From a virus (lineage: Duplodnaviria; Caudoviricetes): a stretch of 64,000 nucleotides of DNA. How positions within the stretch are numbered: position 1 is the stretch's first letter; each line of letters opens with the position of its first letter. The stretch is from the IMG/VR virus record IMGVR_UViG_3300025867_000005. One strand, given 5' to 3'. The position numbers were made by a program, and so were the translations under genes. The notes under the pieces were generated by a model. That model did no database searches and had not been told where the DNA came from. It saw only the letters and a program-made list of their open reading frames with translations. Below are positions 9,305-18,723 of this stretch, piece by piece.

Positions 9305-10171
9305 ATGTATTTCTGTAAAGCACCAAGGATTTATGTTTTAACGCGAAAGGAAAAAGAAACAGGGGTTTATGTCTGCCCCTTTTGCGGGAAAGTTTTGAAG
9401 AAAGGTTCTCTTTCGAAATCTGAAAAGCTTTTTCAATGTCGTACATGCGGGTTCAAGATAACGGGTAGAGACATCTTATCGGAATATCCGAATCAGAAAG
9501 TAAGTATTGACATTGGCATTGAAATTCAGAAGGTCGCAAAGGTCATTGTTTCAGAGACGAAAGAAGAAAAGGACCCATTTGGATTCGCCAAAAGCAAAGC
9601 CCATCAAATTTTTGAAAAAGCCAAAAAAGCAGACAACAACGTTTCTCAATGGGAAATCACGACAGAGAAGCAATCACCAGAATTATACAAGTTCAATGCC
9701 TTCCCACGGAAATCTGGAAATGATGCTGTTATTGCTATCGAAGTGACTAAAAGAAACCAAAATCTTTTAGGTAAAGAGATAGAATCTGTTACCTTTTCCA
9801 TTTTAGTAAAAGGCGGAAAAGAAGTTTTTAGCATACAGACTTCCAATATTTATGCGGTAAAATCACTTTTCGACAAAATTCTGAGGAAAGATTTCACGGA
9901 ATTTTTCTCTACGAAAACTGACAACAAGATGACGGAAGTCAAGAATTTCATCAAATCCAAGTTTCATCTTACCCCAGATGAAGAAGACAGTGATAGCCTT
10001 CATTACGCGACAAGAGATCACGGAGATGTAGAAGAAGAGACTCCGGGTAAAGAAGACATCCAGCTTATCAAGCAGGTCATTTCGGGAGTCAAGGCGAAAT
10101 TCAAAAACTTGGTATTGCGTCCAGAAATCGTAGATGAATGGGTACAGCTTGAAATAAAATTAGAAGGTTGA
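9305..10171 (+). CDS. Zn-ribbon protein with an internal copy of the leader motif
   Basis: CPFC...CRTC; EIQKVAKVIVS|E at aa 73-83. Confidence 0.7.
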   Translation: MYFCKAPRIYVLTRKEKETGVYVCPFCGKVLKKGSLSKSEKLFQCRTCGFKITGRDILSEYPNQKVSIDIGIEIQKVAKVIVSETKEEKDPFGFAKSKAHQIFEKAKKADNNVSQWEITTEKQSPELYKFNAFPRKSGNDAVIAIEVTKRNQNLLGKEIESVTFSILVKGGKEVFSIQTSNIYAVKSLFDKILRKDFTEFFSTKTDNKMTEVKNFIKSKFHLTPDEEDSDSLHYATRDHGDVEEETPGKEDIQLIKQVISGVKAKFKNLVLRPEIVDEWVQLEIKLEG

Positions 10172-10183
10172 TTGCCTATAAAA

Positions 10184-10190
10184 TTTGATA
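10184..10190 (+). promoter_or_regulatory. Putative phage late-promoter element TTTGATA
   Basis: Upstream of the prohead protease. Confidence 0.55.
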
Positions 10191-10219
10191 ACCTTACGTA
10201 TACCTAAACAAGAGGTTAT

Positions 10220-11218
10220 ATGAACACGAACAATTTTCCAAGGCATTTATCTGTAAAGAACAGAGAAACACTCCTTCATCCAGGCAGTGGGATTAAAGTT
10301 CAGAATGTCAAAATTCTAACGAATCCACGATATGAATGGGAAAGAATATGCAGGGGACGTACAAGAATCGCCCACAGCATTGATATCGACTGGAAGCGTT
10401 TCAACCTGAATGACTATATCTTCACACATGACTCCATCGTGTCGAGCGTAGAAACAGAAGCCAACGGATATTATATCAAGCCCATCTGTTCGAAGATCGT
10501 CAATTTAAACGGCAACGCGTGGACAAATCCCGTTCTTCTAGCGACATTCCGTACTTTCGTAGGTGGTTATAATTTCGAAGAACATGTTCAAATCCCAAGC
10601 CAAAGCAAAGGAATGATTCTTGATGCCGTTCTTCGTCCTTTTCAATACAGGGATGAAAAAGGCAATATCGCCAATGTCTATATCTGTGACATCCTCGTTG
10701 CCACATGTAAAAGCAATTGGGAACTGGTACAGGAAATACAAACAGGAAAGATGAGAACCTTGTCGATGGGAACCCAGTGCCGTTCCGTCCAATGTAGCCA
10801 TTGCGGTAAGATATTCAGAGATGATGAAGACAGTTGCGATCATATAAAGTACGAACTCGGACAGATGTTTGTCGATGAAAACGGAATCGAACGCATTACT
10901 GCTGAACTCTGCGGTTGCAGCATTTGGGATGCAATAAAGAAAGAATGGATAGGAGATCCGGAATCCAACACCTTTATTGAAGCCAGTTGGGTTAAACATC
11001 CCGCATATGTAGGAGCCGTTGTAAACCATTTCATCAATCCGAAGAATGTAAATCCTTCACTGTTTAAAGAAGCGTCTATCGAAGAATCCATTCAGGGATT
11101 GTTCAATGTCCGGGTTGCTGACAGATATGGGAGGTTGTCTTTGAATCTTCTCAGACAGAAACAGGAGATTGACAAAAGGGAAGGAATGATAAACAGAATC
11201 ATTTCGTCAAAGCATTAG
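10220..11218 (+). CDS. Prohead (capsid maturation) protease with Zn finger
   Basis: NxNGxAW, F.EH....KG.ILDA, I..G....LSMG (catalytic His/Ser pattern), CSHC...CDH; lies upstream of scaffold and capsid. Confidence 0.8.
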   Translation: MNTNNFPRHLSVKNRETLLHPGSGIKVQNVKILTNPRYEWERICRGRTRIAHSIDIDWKRFNLNDYIFTHDSIVSSVETEANGYYIKPICSKIVNLNGNAWTNPVLLATFRTFVGGYNFEEHVQIPSQSKGMILDAVLRPFQYRDEKGNIANVYICDILVATCKSNWELVQEIQTGKMRTLSMGTQCRSVQCSHCGKIFRDDEDSCDHIKYELGQMFVDENGIERITAELCGCSIWDAIKKEWIGDPESNTFIEASWVKHPAYVGAVVNHFINPKNVNPSLFKEASIEESIQGLFNVRVADRYGRLSLNLLRQKQEIDKREGMINRIISSKH

Positions 11219-11227
11219 GAGACAGAT

Positions 11228-11758
11228 ATGAACAGTAAAGACTTGACAAGGATAGCAAAACTTCTTATCGCGGATTACCGTTATGATCCTCGCCATGAAA
11301 ACAAACCACAGGGTCTAGGCTGGAAACAGACAGAAGGCGGATGGACGAACGTGTTGCACAGGATTAAGAAGACGGAACCGAAGGAAGTTGAACAAGAATC
11401 GGATGTCCCTGAAATAAAGGTCAAGAATTCCCCAGTCCCAGAAGTTTCTGAAAACAAAAAGAGGTTGTCTGTTCTGTTGGGGCAGGCCGGAACAAAAGGA
11501 TTGCTTGACAGAGATACGGAAGGTAAGGCTATAGTAGAACAGAAGGACATCGACAGGATTAATTCAATGCTTTATAAGTCAAGAGGGAATAGAGACAAGG
11601 TAAGAATGTATGTCGAAAATATGTCAAGCGCAATCACTAATCCTAAGAAAGCTGTTCGTAGAGGTCTTGCGGCTTTCCACGGATTGAAAGATGAATTCGG
11701 CAAAGAATTCGCTTGGGAAATGGCTTCAGTTTTCGTCGGCAAAGGATTAAGCCTGTAG
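11228..11758 (+). CDS. Leader-tagged hypothetical protein inside the head operon
   Basis: DLTRIAKLLIA|D then YRYDPRHENKPQGLGWKQTEGGWT. Confidence 0.75.
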   Translation: MNSKDLTRIAKLLIADYRYDPRHENKPQGLGWKQTEGGWTNVLHRIKKTEPKEVEQESDVPEIKVKNSPVPEVSENKKRLSVLLGQAGTKGLLDRDTEGKAIVEQKDIDRINSMLYKSRGNRDKVRMYVENMSSAITNPKKAVRRGLAAFHGLKDEFGKEFAWEMASVFVGKGLSL

Positions 11759-11808
11759 AAATTATCTGCAAAAGATGCCGTTTTTGAAAAACTTACGGTG
11801 ATCTTAAC

Positions 11809-11850
11809 AAGGCGTAATGTGTTTGTAAATCAACATGTTATGCCTTTTTC
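11809..11850 (+). terminator. Probable intrinsic terminator
   Basis: aaggcgtaatgtgtt / aacatgttatgcctt 15-bp stem with G-U pairs, followed by a T-run. Confidence 0.6.
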
Positions 11851-11882
11851 ATTTCTTGTAAGTATGATAAAAATCAACTTTT

Positions 11883-11889
11883 TTTGATA
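11883..11889 (+). promoter_or_regulatory. Putative phage late-promoter element TTTGATA (scaffold/capsid operon)
   Basis: Recurrent motif, ~110 nt upstream of the scaffold ATG. Confidence 0.55.
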
Positions 11890-11999
11890 AATATTCTCTA
11901 GGTTGTAGTGTAATTTGTGTAACAAATTATACCAGCGACAAACCCTGTCGGGGAGTCGCCGACGTAAAGAACGGGCAATCCCCGAAAAGGAGAAAAATA

Positions 12000-13520
12000 A
12001 TGTCACTTAAACGTTTAGCTGAAGCGATGGAAGGAATCGCCGACGAAGCAGAATCAAAGGAACTTGATCAGGTTCTTTCTGACTTCGGTGGTGATGACGG
12101 CGAAGCGGCTCCCGCTGCTGAAGCCGAAGAAACGGAAGAAGATAAAGACGAAGCGATTGTTGCCCGTCTTGCATCTGCTACGGATGATTTTGAAATTTCA
12201 GGAATCAATTCCGGTGATCAGGATGAATTTTCTCAGGTTCAGACTGTCGGACTTGGTAAGGAAGACAAAGCTGATTATGGAACTGTCGCGGAAGCCGCAA
12301 AGAAATATGCTTTCTGCGCACGTAAGCTTGCAAGTCTTGAAGTTGAAGCAAAGAAAGATCCTAATGGCAAGAAATATCTTTCTGCTATCGCATCAATGAC
12401 CCGTATCCTTGAACGTAGGGCCGCTGCACTTAAGGTCGCTGTTGCCGACAAGACTTCGTTTAGCGGAGACCTTGGCCATGACGGAACTCGTGATGAAGCG
12501 GAATACGGTGCCTATGACACCAGCAAACCGGCTATGGACGCTGAAATTCAGAGCACATCGGCTCCTTGGAAAACAGACAAGCATGATGGACTCGGTTTGG
12601 GCATTCCTAAACCAGAAGGCGAAGTAACCCGTGAAGCAAGTTCTAAGATCGCGGCTAACCAGTCAATCCGTTTGGCGGTTTGCTTGCTCGGTTCTAAGGC
12701 TCCTGAAGATATGATTCAGGCACAGGCTGGCGAATTCTTCGCACAGATGAAGCTTGCTAGCATCGAACGCGCTCTTAAACGTATCGCGGAAACCGAAGCT
12801 CTCTATGCGTCTGAAACCACAGCCGTTAATCCAGAAGTCGTTCCTGCTGGTCCTGTCACTACGGTTGAAGAAGCCGCAAAGGAAATCAGCGCATCCGCTG
12901 AAGCTCCCGTTTGTGAAAAGAAAGACGAAGTAAAGGAAGCTGCGGCAGAACTCCCTTCTCCTGAAGAAAAGAAAGAAGATGAGTTTACCGATGATGAAAA
13001 GAAGGAAATTGACGTGATGACCGCTTCAATCGTTGCCCGTCAGGCTAAAATGCGCGAAGCCGCACTTGCCAAAGCGAAGGCATTGATTGCCGCTGAAATT
13101 CCTGTCGTCGAAGAACCTGTCGTCGAAGCTCCTGTTGAAGCCGCACCTGCGGTTGTTACAGAAGAAAAACCGGTAGAAGCCGCTGTTGAAGCAGCTCCGG
13201 TTGTTCAAGACGAGATTGCCGAAGCCGTTGCTCCTGTTGAACCAGAAGTAGCGCCTGCGGAAGAACTTCCTGCTCAGGATGATGAGATTGACTTCTCTAC
13301 TTCTACAAGCGAAGACGCTGAAGGTATCCCGGAATTGGAAGCCTGCATTGATGTCCCGAAACCGGAAGTCAAGCCAGTCGTAGCTTCAAAAACTGCGGAA
13401 GCCAAGCCGAAATTCGCACAGACTCTTGGTGGCACACCTCGCCTTGCTTCAACGAAGAAGGGTGGCGACGTGATTCTCGAAAACCTCTGGGTAAAACCAG
13501 GTGAAGAGTTCTTTGGTTAA
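12000..13520 (+). CDS. Capsid scaffolding / internal core protein
   Basis: 506 aa, A/E/P-rich, lies between protease and capsid genes; many [KR]-x-A-[SA] sites (RLAS, KLAS, REAS, KEAA); strong AAGGAG RBS. Confidence 0.7.
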   Translation: MSLKRLAEAMEGIADEAESKELDQVLSDFGGDDGEAAPAAEAEETEEDKDEAIVARLASATDDFEISGINSGDQDEFSQVQTVGLGKEDKADYGTVAEAAKKYAFCARKLASLEVEAKKDPNGKKYLSAIASMTRILERRAAALKVAVADKTSFSGDLGHDGTRDEAEYGAYDTSKPAMDAEIQSTSAPWKTDKHDGLGLGIPKPEGEVTREASSKIAANQSIRLAVCLLGSKAPEDMIQAQAGEFFAQMKLASIERALKRIAETEALYASETTAVNPEVVPAGPVTTVEEAAKEISASAEAPVCEKKDEVKEAAAELPSPEEKKEDEFTDDEKKEIDVMTASIVARQAKMREAALAKAKALIAAEIPVVEEPVVEAPVEAAPAVVTEEKPVEAAVEAAPVVQDEIAEAVAPVEPEVAPAEELPAQDDEIDFSTSTSEDAEGIPELEACIDVPKPEVKPVVASKTAEAKPKFAQTLGGTPRLASTKKGGDVILENLWVKPGEEFFG

Positions 13521-13671
13521 TTGAACCTTATGGGCGGGTATCCAAAAAATACCCGTCATGATTTAAACAGAAGAAATTCTGTTTGGGATTTACAAGCTGG
13601 TAAAAAGGCTTGTAGTTGCAACGTGGCTAAGTGGCTTCGTTGGTAAGTAAACAAAAACAGGAGATAACGAT

Positions 13672-14160
13672 ATGTTACAGTATCTTATTCGTTCACAGAA
13701 TGATGCTATCAAGGTATTGGCCGCATCCTGCTTCACAAAGCAGAACTATGCCGTCGATTACGTCAATGATACCATCTCAAACCTTACGCCTAACGGTGTA
13801 TTGGGTGGTTCCGTTGCTGCATTGAGCGCGGATTACACAGTTGTTGCCGGTAACGGCGTAAACACTCCTATCGGCTTGTTCGTAAATGACGCGGCCGGTA
13901 TGGCATGGGAAAACAACCAGGCAAAGGCTTCAAACAAACTCACCATCGCTAAAGGCTTGCCTTCAGTCGAAGTTGACGTTTATGAGACTCACGACATGTA
14001 TGGTAGTGAACTTACCTACGTGATCGGTGACAAGCTTTATTGCTCAGCAAACGGTTTCCTCACCAATGAGGAAAGTGCGGAAGGTACGGTTATCGGTATC
14101 CTCACAAAGGTTCCGGTTCTTCCAGGCAGCCCGGCAATGGGCGTCGATTTGCGCATCTAA
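13672..14160 (+). CDS. Head decoration / capsid cement protein
   Basis: 162 aa, G-rich beta protein (PIGLF, GDKLY, GFLT) immediately before the capsid gene. Confidence 0.7.
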   Translation: MLQYLIRSQNDAIKVLAASCFTKQNYAVDYVNDTISNLTPNGVLGGSVAALSADYTVVAGNGVNTPIGLFVNDAAGMAWENNQAKASNKLTIAKGLPSVEVDVYETHDMYGSELTYVIGDKLYCSANGFLTNEESAEGTVIGILTKVPVLPGSPAMGVDLRI

Positions 14161-14186
14161 GGCACTAACCTAAAGGAGTAAAAGAA

Positions 14187-15047
14187 ATGGATATCTCAAC
14201 AGCTTCAAAGTATCAGACCATCGCTAAGTACATCAAGACTGGCGAAGGCCGTTCCCGTATCGCGGCAAGCTTCACGCAGCCCCTGCGTCAGCGTCGTGAC
14301 TATCAGAGCGTCGGTCGTAGAGCCTTCTACGTCGAACAGCTTCTTGACGGTCAGCTCCCGATTTGGGATAAGGATGCCAATGTAACGGCATATGTCATCG
14401 GTGCGGAAGGACAGAACATCCAGTGTGTTCAGAAACCACCGCGTGTTTTCTTCGACTTGTTCGAAATCGCTTCAAATCCTGAAATCTCCATCACAACGAT
14501 CCGTGAAAAGCGCTTCGATGTTTTGGAACGTTCCCTTGACCTCGCCCGTAGCGCGATCATGGCACAGGAAGACCGCTATGTGTTCGCCACAATGGACGCT
14601 TTGGCGGCATCTGCTACCAACCCGAATCCGGTTATCCAGGTCATTGGTAACTTGACTTCTAACGTTTTGATTGACGCGAAAGCGGCTGTCGAACGTAACG
14701 ATATCAGGGTAGCGAATATCTTCATGAACGCAAAGGATTACAACGATCTTTTGAAGTTCGACCGTGACACCCTCAGCCCTGAGTACCAGACTCAGTTGCT
14801 TAAGAACGGCCTCATGGCCAACATCTGGGGAATCAACATCATCGTAAGCCGTATCGTCGCAGAAGGCGATGTCTATGTCTGCGGTGAACCGGAATTCTTC
14901 GGACGTATCCCCGTTCGTCAGGACCTCACCGTCCTTTCAGCGGATGATCCTCGTAACCGCATGGTCGGCTTCTCGGTCTTCGAAATGATCGGTTGCGGCT
15001 TGTGGAATCCGTTGGCAATGAGCAAGATTCAGATTACCCGCGTGTAA
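14187..15047 (+). CDS. Major capsid protein (HK97 fold)
   Basis: PLRQRRDY..VGRR.F.VE.L..G..P.WDKD, FEIASNP, I.AQED, IWG.NI.VS; position after scaffold/decoration; followed by a strong terminator. Confidence 0.85.
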   Translation: MDISTASKYQTIAKYIKTGEGRSRIAASFTQPLRQRRDYQSVGRRAFYVEQLLDGQLPIWDKDANVTAYVIGAEGQNIQCVQKPPRVFFDLFEIASNPEISITTIREKRFDVLERSLDLARSAIMAQEDRYVFATMDALAASATNPNPVIQVIGNLTSNVLIDAKAAVERNDIRVANIFMNAKDYNDLLKFDRDTLSPEYQTQLLKNGLMANIWGINIIVSRIVAEGDVYVCGEPEFFGRIPVRQDLTVLSADDPRNRMVGFSVFEMIGCGLWNPLAMSKIQITRV

Positions 15048-15080
15048 TCCACGTAAGTAGTTTGATTTGAATCACTTGTG

Positions 15081-15120
15081 AAGCCCGTTGGGAATAAAAC
15101 CCCAGCGGGTTTCTTTTTTT
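15081..15120 (+). terminator. Intrinsic terminator of the capsid operon
   Basis: aagcccgttggg / cccagcgggttt stem plus T7. Confidence 0.85.
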
Positions 15121-15262
15121 ATCTTCTGGTATCGGTTTTGTTTTTGTCAAAACGAATTATTCATAGACATCTCTCTTTTATCCCTTCCTATGTTCGGTTG
15201 AATTCCGATATTTTTTGATGTCTGTCCCTATTATTGTAAAAACAAAGGAATCCGTCCGAAGT

Positions 15263-17152
15263 ATGAAAATCGATGTAGAAGAATTGCGTAGGCTTTACGT
15301 TTCAGAAGGTCTTACAGATGCGGAAATCGGTAAATGTTTCAGTGTTTCAGACGTATGTGTAAGCCAATACAGGAAGAAGGCGGGAATCCCCACCATAAGC
15401 CATAGGGACAAAATTTCCAAACATGCAATAGAAAGGGGATTGACGGATATCCAAGAAATTGATAGAACGGAATTTGAGAACTTGTACCTTAAACATGGGG
15501 AAAGAGAATTAGGGAAGATTTTCGGATGTAGTAAGCAATTGATAAAAACAAGGCTTATGGAATTAGGAATCAATCCTTTATCCAAGACCGACAGGATTCT
15601 TAAAACCTGCCCGCTTCAATTTACAGACTTGCAGAAAGACGTTCTTTACGGTTCTCTATTAGGTGACGGAAGCCTTACAACTGTTGGCAATTCAGCAAGG
15701 TTTAGGGAATGTCATTGCATGGCACAGAAAGCCTATCTGGAATACAAACACTCAATCCTTAACCCGTTTTCCAAACCGATAGGAACGGCTGACAAAGAAA
15801 TGCCTAGCGGATATGTAAGTAGGGGCTTCTATTTCAACACCTGTTTCCACCCTCTGTTTCTGGGTTTCTACGACCGGTTTTACAAAGACGGAGAAAAGAT
15901 ATTACCTCTTGACTTTGAGGTTGTTTTCAACCCGAGGATACTTTCAATTTGGTATATGGATGACGGACACCTAGAAGGATTCGAAGGACGTGGAAGGGTT
16001 CAGATAGCTTCCTGTTTTTGGAAAGCGGACATTGCAAGGATTCTCTTCGTTATGAATGAAATGGGATTAGAAGCCGATAGCAGTTTTTATCCCAATTCCA
16101 CGAAAGGGATTAACATCATACGGATCAAGAATGTCGATCTATTCTTCTCCATGACAAAACACCTTATCCATCAGGATTTCCAATACAAGATTCCTGAACG
16201 TTTAGGAGGGAAATGGAAAGAAAAGATTTCAGAAACAGATGTGGAATCATGGTTTTATTTTCTAAGAACTAACGGAATGTCATATCCCGTTCTTTCAACA
16301 GAAGCTTTTCAAAAAGATATGCGGGGATTACAGTCTTCACAAGTACGCAGGGAAGATAATCTATTGGATTGCCCCAGTGTTTCAGGATCTAAAACCTGCC
16401 TGTCGGTTTTCAAGAATATCTATGTCGCCAAGAGAAAAGGTAAGAAATCTGCGACAGATGTTTTTGAAGACGACAAACTCTTAAGGCACTGTCTTAGTGA
16501 CTGTATCAAGTTTTACGGAAGAATTACAGAAACGAATCTAAGACAAGAACTCCGTAGTTTCGGCGGTGTCAACAACTTCAAGCCGGTATTGGCTAAATAC
16601 ATCTACGATACCTATTGCCCGCCAAACGGAAAAGTTCTAGATCCTTGTAGCGGATGGGGAGGACGGCTTTGCGGATTTATGGCTTCAAAAGCCGGACACT
16701 ATACCGGTGTCGATGTCGAATCTGAAAGTATCAAAAATCTCAAACAATTGTTTAAGAAGATGAATCCCGTTTTCCCTGGCAAAGTATTCAGATGTCAAGA
16801 AACCAGTTTCACAGAATTCAAAGACAAAGGATATGATTTGGTTTTTACCAGCCCTCCATATTTTGACGCCGAATACTACGGGGAAAGTAGGAATCAGAGT
16901 CAGGTAAGGTTTCCTACATATGATTTATGGCTGACGGGTTTTCTGAAAGACATGATAGACAGGTCTTGGAATTCGCTCAATCCGGGTGGAAGAATCATTT
17001 TGAATGTACCGGCTAGATGTAAGTTCAATATCTACAAAGATGTGAAAGCTTTTATGCCTGTCGAAAAAGAACTTCGGATTAAGACAAACGGCAGATACGG
17101 AAGTCCATCAGGATTTGAATGGCTCCTGATCTCTTTTACTAAACCCTATTGA
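15263..17152 (+). CDS. HTH - LAGLIDADG endonuclease - amino-DNA methyltransferase fusion
   Basis: Two HTH-like repeats; LYGSLLGDGSL and IWYMDDG; VLDPCSGWGGR (motif I) and FTSPPYF (motif IV). ATG 15263 preferred over TTG 15215. Confidence 0.8.
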   Translation: MKIDVEELRRLYVSEGLTDAEIGKCFSVSDVCVSQYRKKAGIPTISHRDKISKHAIERGLTDIQEIDRTEFENLYLKHGERELGKIFGCSKQLIKTRLMELGINPLSKTDRILKTCPLQFTDLQKDVLYGSLLGDGSLTTVGNSARFRECHCMAQKAYLEYKHSILNPFSKPIGTADKEMPSGYVSRGFYFNTCFHPLFLGFYDRFYKDGEKILPLDFEVVFNPRILSIWYMDDGHLEGFEGRGRVQIASCFWKADIARILFVMNEMGLEADSSFYPNSTKGINIIRIKNVDLFFSMTKHLIHQDFQYKIPERLGGKWKEKISETDVESWFYFLRTNGMSYPVLSTEAFQKDMRGLQSSQVRREDNLLDCPSVSGSKTCLSVFKNIYVAKRKGKKSATDVFEDDKLLRHCLSDCIKFYGRITETNLRQELRSFGGVNNFKPVLAKYIYDTYCPPNGKVLDPCSGWGGRLCGFMASKAGHYTGVDVESESIKNLKQLFKKMNPVFPGKVFRCQETSFTEFKDKGYDLVFTSPPYFDAEYYGESRNQSQVRFPTYDLWLTGFLKDMIDRSWNSLNPGGRIILNVPARCKFNIYKDVKAFMPVEKELRIKTNGRYGSPSGFEWLLISFTKPY

Positions 17153-17177
17153 CAACTAGAGATGATTGTGCTATATT
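17149..17177 (+). promoter_or_regulatory. Sigma70-type promoter with extended -10
   Basis: TTGACA-17 nt-TATATT with TG at the extended position, upstream of the SprT gene. Confidence 0.75.
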
Positions 17178-17204
17178 GACGGCATCAAAAGAAAGGTTGC
17201 CATC

Positions 17205-17747
17205 ATGCAAGAACTTCAAGACACGATCAACGCTATGGTTTCAGCCACTATCATCAAAGCAAATCAGAAACTCCGGGACATCGGAATTTCCAAACAAATC
17301 CCTATCCAAGTCCCCGTCATTTATTCCAATAGGGAATCCCACACTTTTGCCACTGCCATTCAGGAAGTATCCGGAAAGATGAAAATCAAATTCAATCTTT
17401 GCAATGCGCAGTTGAATCCCCATCTTATTCCGGAAGTCGTCAGCCACGAAGTCAGTCATCTTGCATGTTTCCTCGTCGGACACAAAGGACACGATTATTT
17501 CTGGTCACGTTTTGATCGTAGCATCGGTGGGAAAGGAGAAACCTACATCAAGGGTGTTCGGCATGAGAACTGTTATAAATACAGTTGCGGATGTATGACG
17601 CATGAAATCTCCACCCGTAAGCATAATCTGATTCAGAAGCAGGGTGCCGTTTATCTCTGCAAACGTTGTCGCCGAAAACTCGAATTGGTTATGACTCCGG
17701 AAGAATTCAAGAATTTGAATCAATCAAAGGAAGCCATTCATGCTTAA
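17205..17747 (+). CDS. SprT-like zinc metalloprotease
   Basis: HEVSH...GH...W, then YSCGC...YLCKRC Zn ribbon. Confidence 0.85.
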   Translation: MQELQDTINAMVSATIIKANQKLRDIGISKQIPIQVPVIYSNRESHTFATAIQEVSGKMKIKFNLCNAQLNPHLIPEVVSHEVSHLACFLVGHKGHDYFWSRFDRSIGGKGETYIKGVRHENCYKYSCGCMTHEISTRKHNLIQKQGAVYLCKRCRRKLELVMTPEEFKNLNQSKEAIHA

Positions 17748-18063
17748 TGGAATGAAACCCGCACAGGCGAGGAAAGCATGTTTTAACATCATGCATTCAG
17801 GCGCAAGGACTGGCCTGTATTCAGATCCCGGTTGGTTGGGTCCACACCAGGTTATGGATGCAATGTCTGCGGCTGGTTTAGACTTTAACCTTGTTGAAGC
17901 CAAATATTTCAACGAAGACAAAGCTAAAATTTGGCGGTTGAAAGTCAAGTATGTCAATAATAAGGGTGTGGAAAAGTTTTTGTATGCCGACATCACCGCA
18001 TTTTGTGCCGGTACTGTTAAAGATCCTTGGAGCCGATACGATATCACGACAACCGTTTATTGA
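17740..18063 (+). CDS. Hypothetical protein
   Basis: 107 aa; AAGGA RBS; overlaps the SprT stop. Confidence 0.7.
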   Translation: MLNGMKPAQARKACFNIMHSGARTGLYSDPGWLGPHQVMDAMSAAGLDFNLVEAKYFNEDKAKIWRLKVKYVNNKGVEKFLYADITAFCAGTVKDPWSRYDITTTVY

Positions 18064-18156
18064 AAAACGGGATTCCTAATCCTATTAATGGTTTGACACT
18101 TGGTTGCAGGACGGTCTTGTAACTTCAATGTGTCAGGTCTTATTAGGAGAAAAGAA

Positions 18157-18663
18157 ATGAAGAAAATCATAGCGGGTATCGCAGGATTGCTGGCTGTTGC
18201 CACAATCGTCGGTTGTACATTAACACTGGCACAAGAGAAGGCTATCGCCAAACAGTTGGGAGTCGCATCGGCAGTGACTTGGATCGGTCTAGATAATCCG
18301 GATCAGGAAGACATTCAGGTCGCCAAGACGGTTTCAGGATTTATCGCAACGGCAAGTCAGGGGGTCGGAAGCAATTCGACTTATTACGCAGAAATCTATC
18401 CGTTGGCGGAAGCCTATATTGAGAAATCAATCGCAACCAACAAACAGCCCGTCGCCAAGTTGTCGGCAGCCTATCTTCTTACCGGCATCGACACGGCTCT
18501 TGCGATGAATCCGACATGGAAATCCAATCAGGATAAGGTTACGCAGATCGTTTCCAGCTATTGCGAAGGATTCTCCTCAGGTCTTAACATGAGTGGTATC
18601 GATCCTGTCTACAAGGCCGCTACACAGCAGATTCCTGTGCGTTGCGCGTATCGTGGACGATAA
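18157..18663 (+). CDS. Lipoprotein
   Basis: MKK-hydrophobic-IVG|C lipobox; AGGAG RBS; own terminator. Confidence 0.75.
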   Translation: MKKIIAGIAGLLAVATIVGCTLTLAQEKAIAKQLGVASAVTWIGLDNPDQEDIQVAKTVSGFIATASQGVGSNSTYYAEIYPLAEAYIEKSIATNKQPVAKLSAAYLLTGIDTALAMNPTWKSNQDKVTQIVSSYCEGFSSGLNMSGIDPVYKAATQQIPVRCAYRGR

Positions 18664-18685
18664 TCCCAATCTTAGATAGAACATA

Positions 18686-18723
18686 GAAGACCGCATGGGT
18701 ACAACCTGTGCGGTTCTTTTTTT
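18686..18723 (+). terminator. Intrinsic terminator
   Basis: accgcatggg / cctgtgcggt stem plus T-run. Confidence 0.8.

Noticed and set aside
5651-15047. Encapsulin operon (ferritin plus short HK97-fold shell)
   Set aside because: Protease, scaffold, decoration protein, a tail module and phage replication genes show this is a phage head; kept only as an analogy
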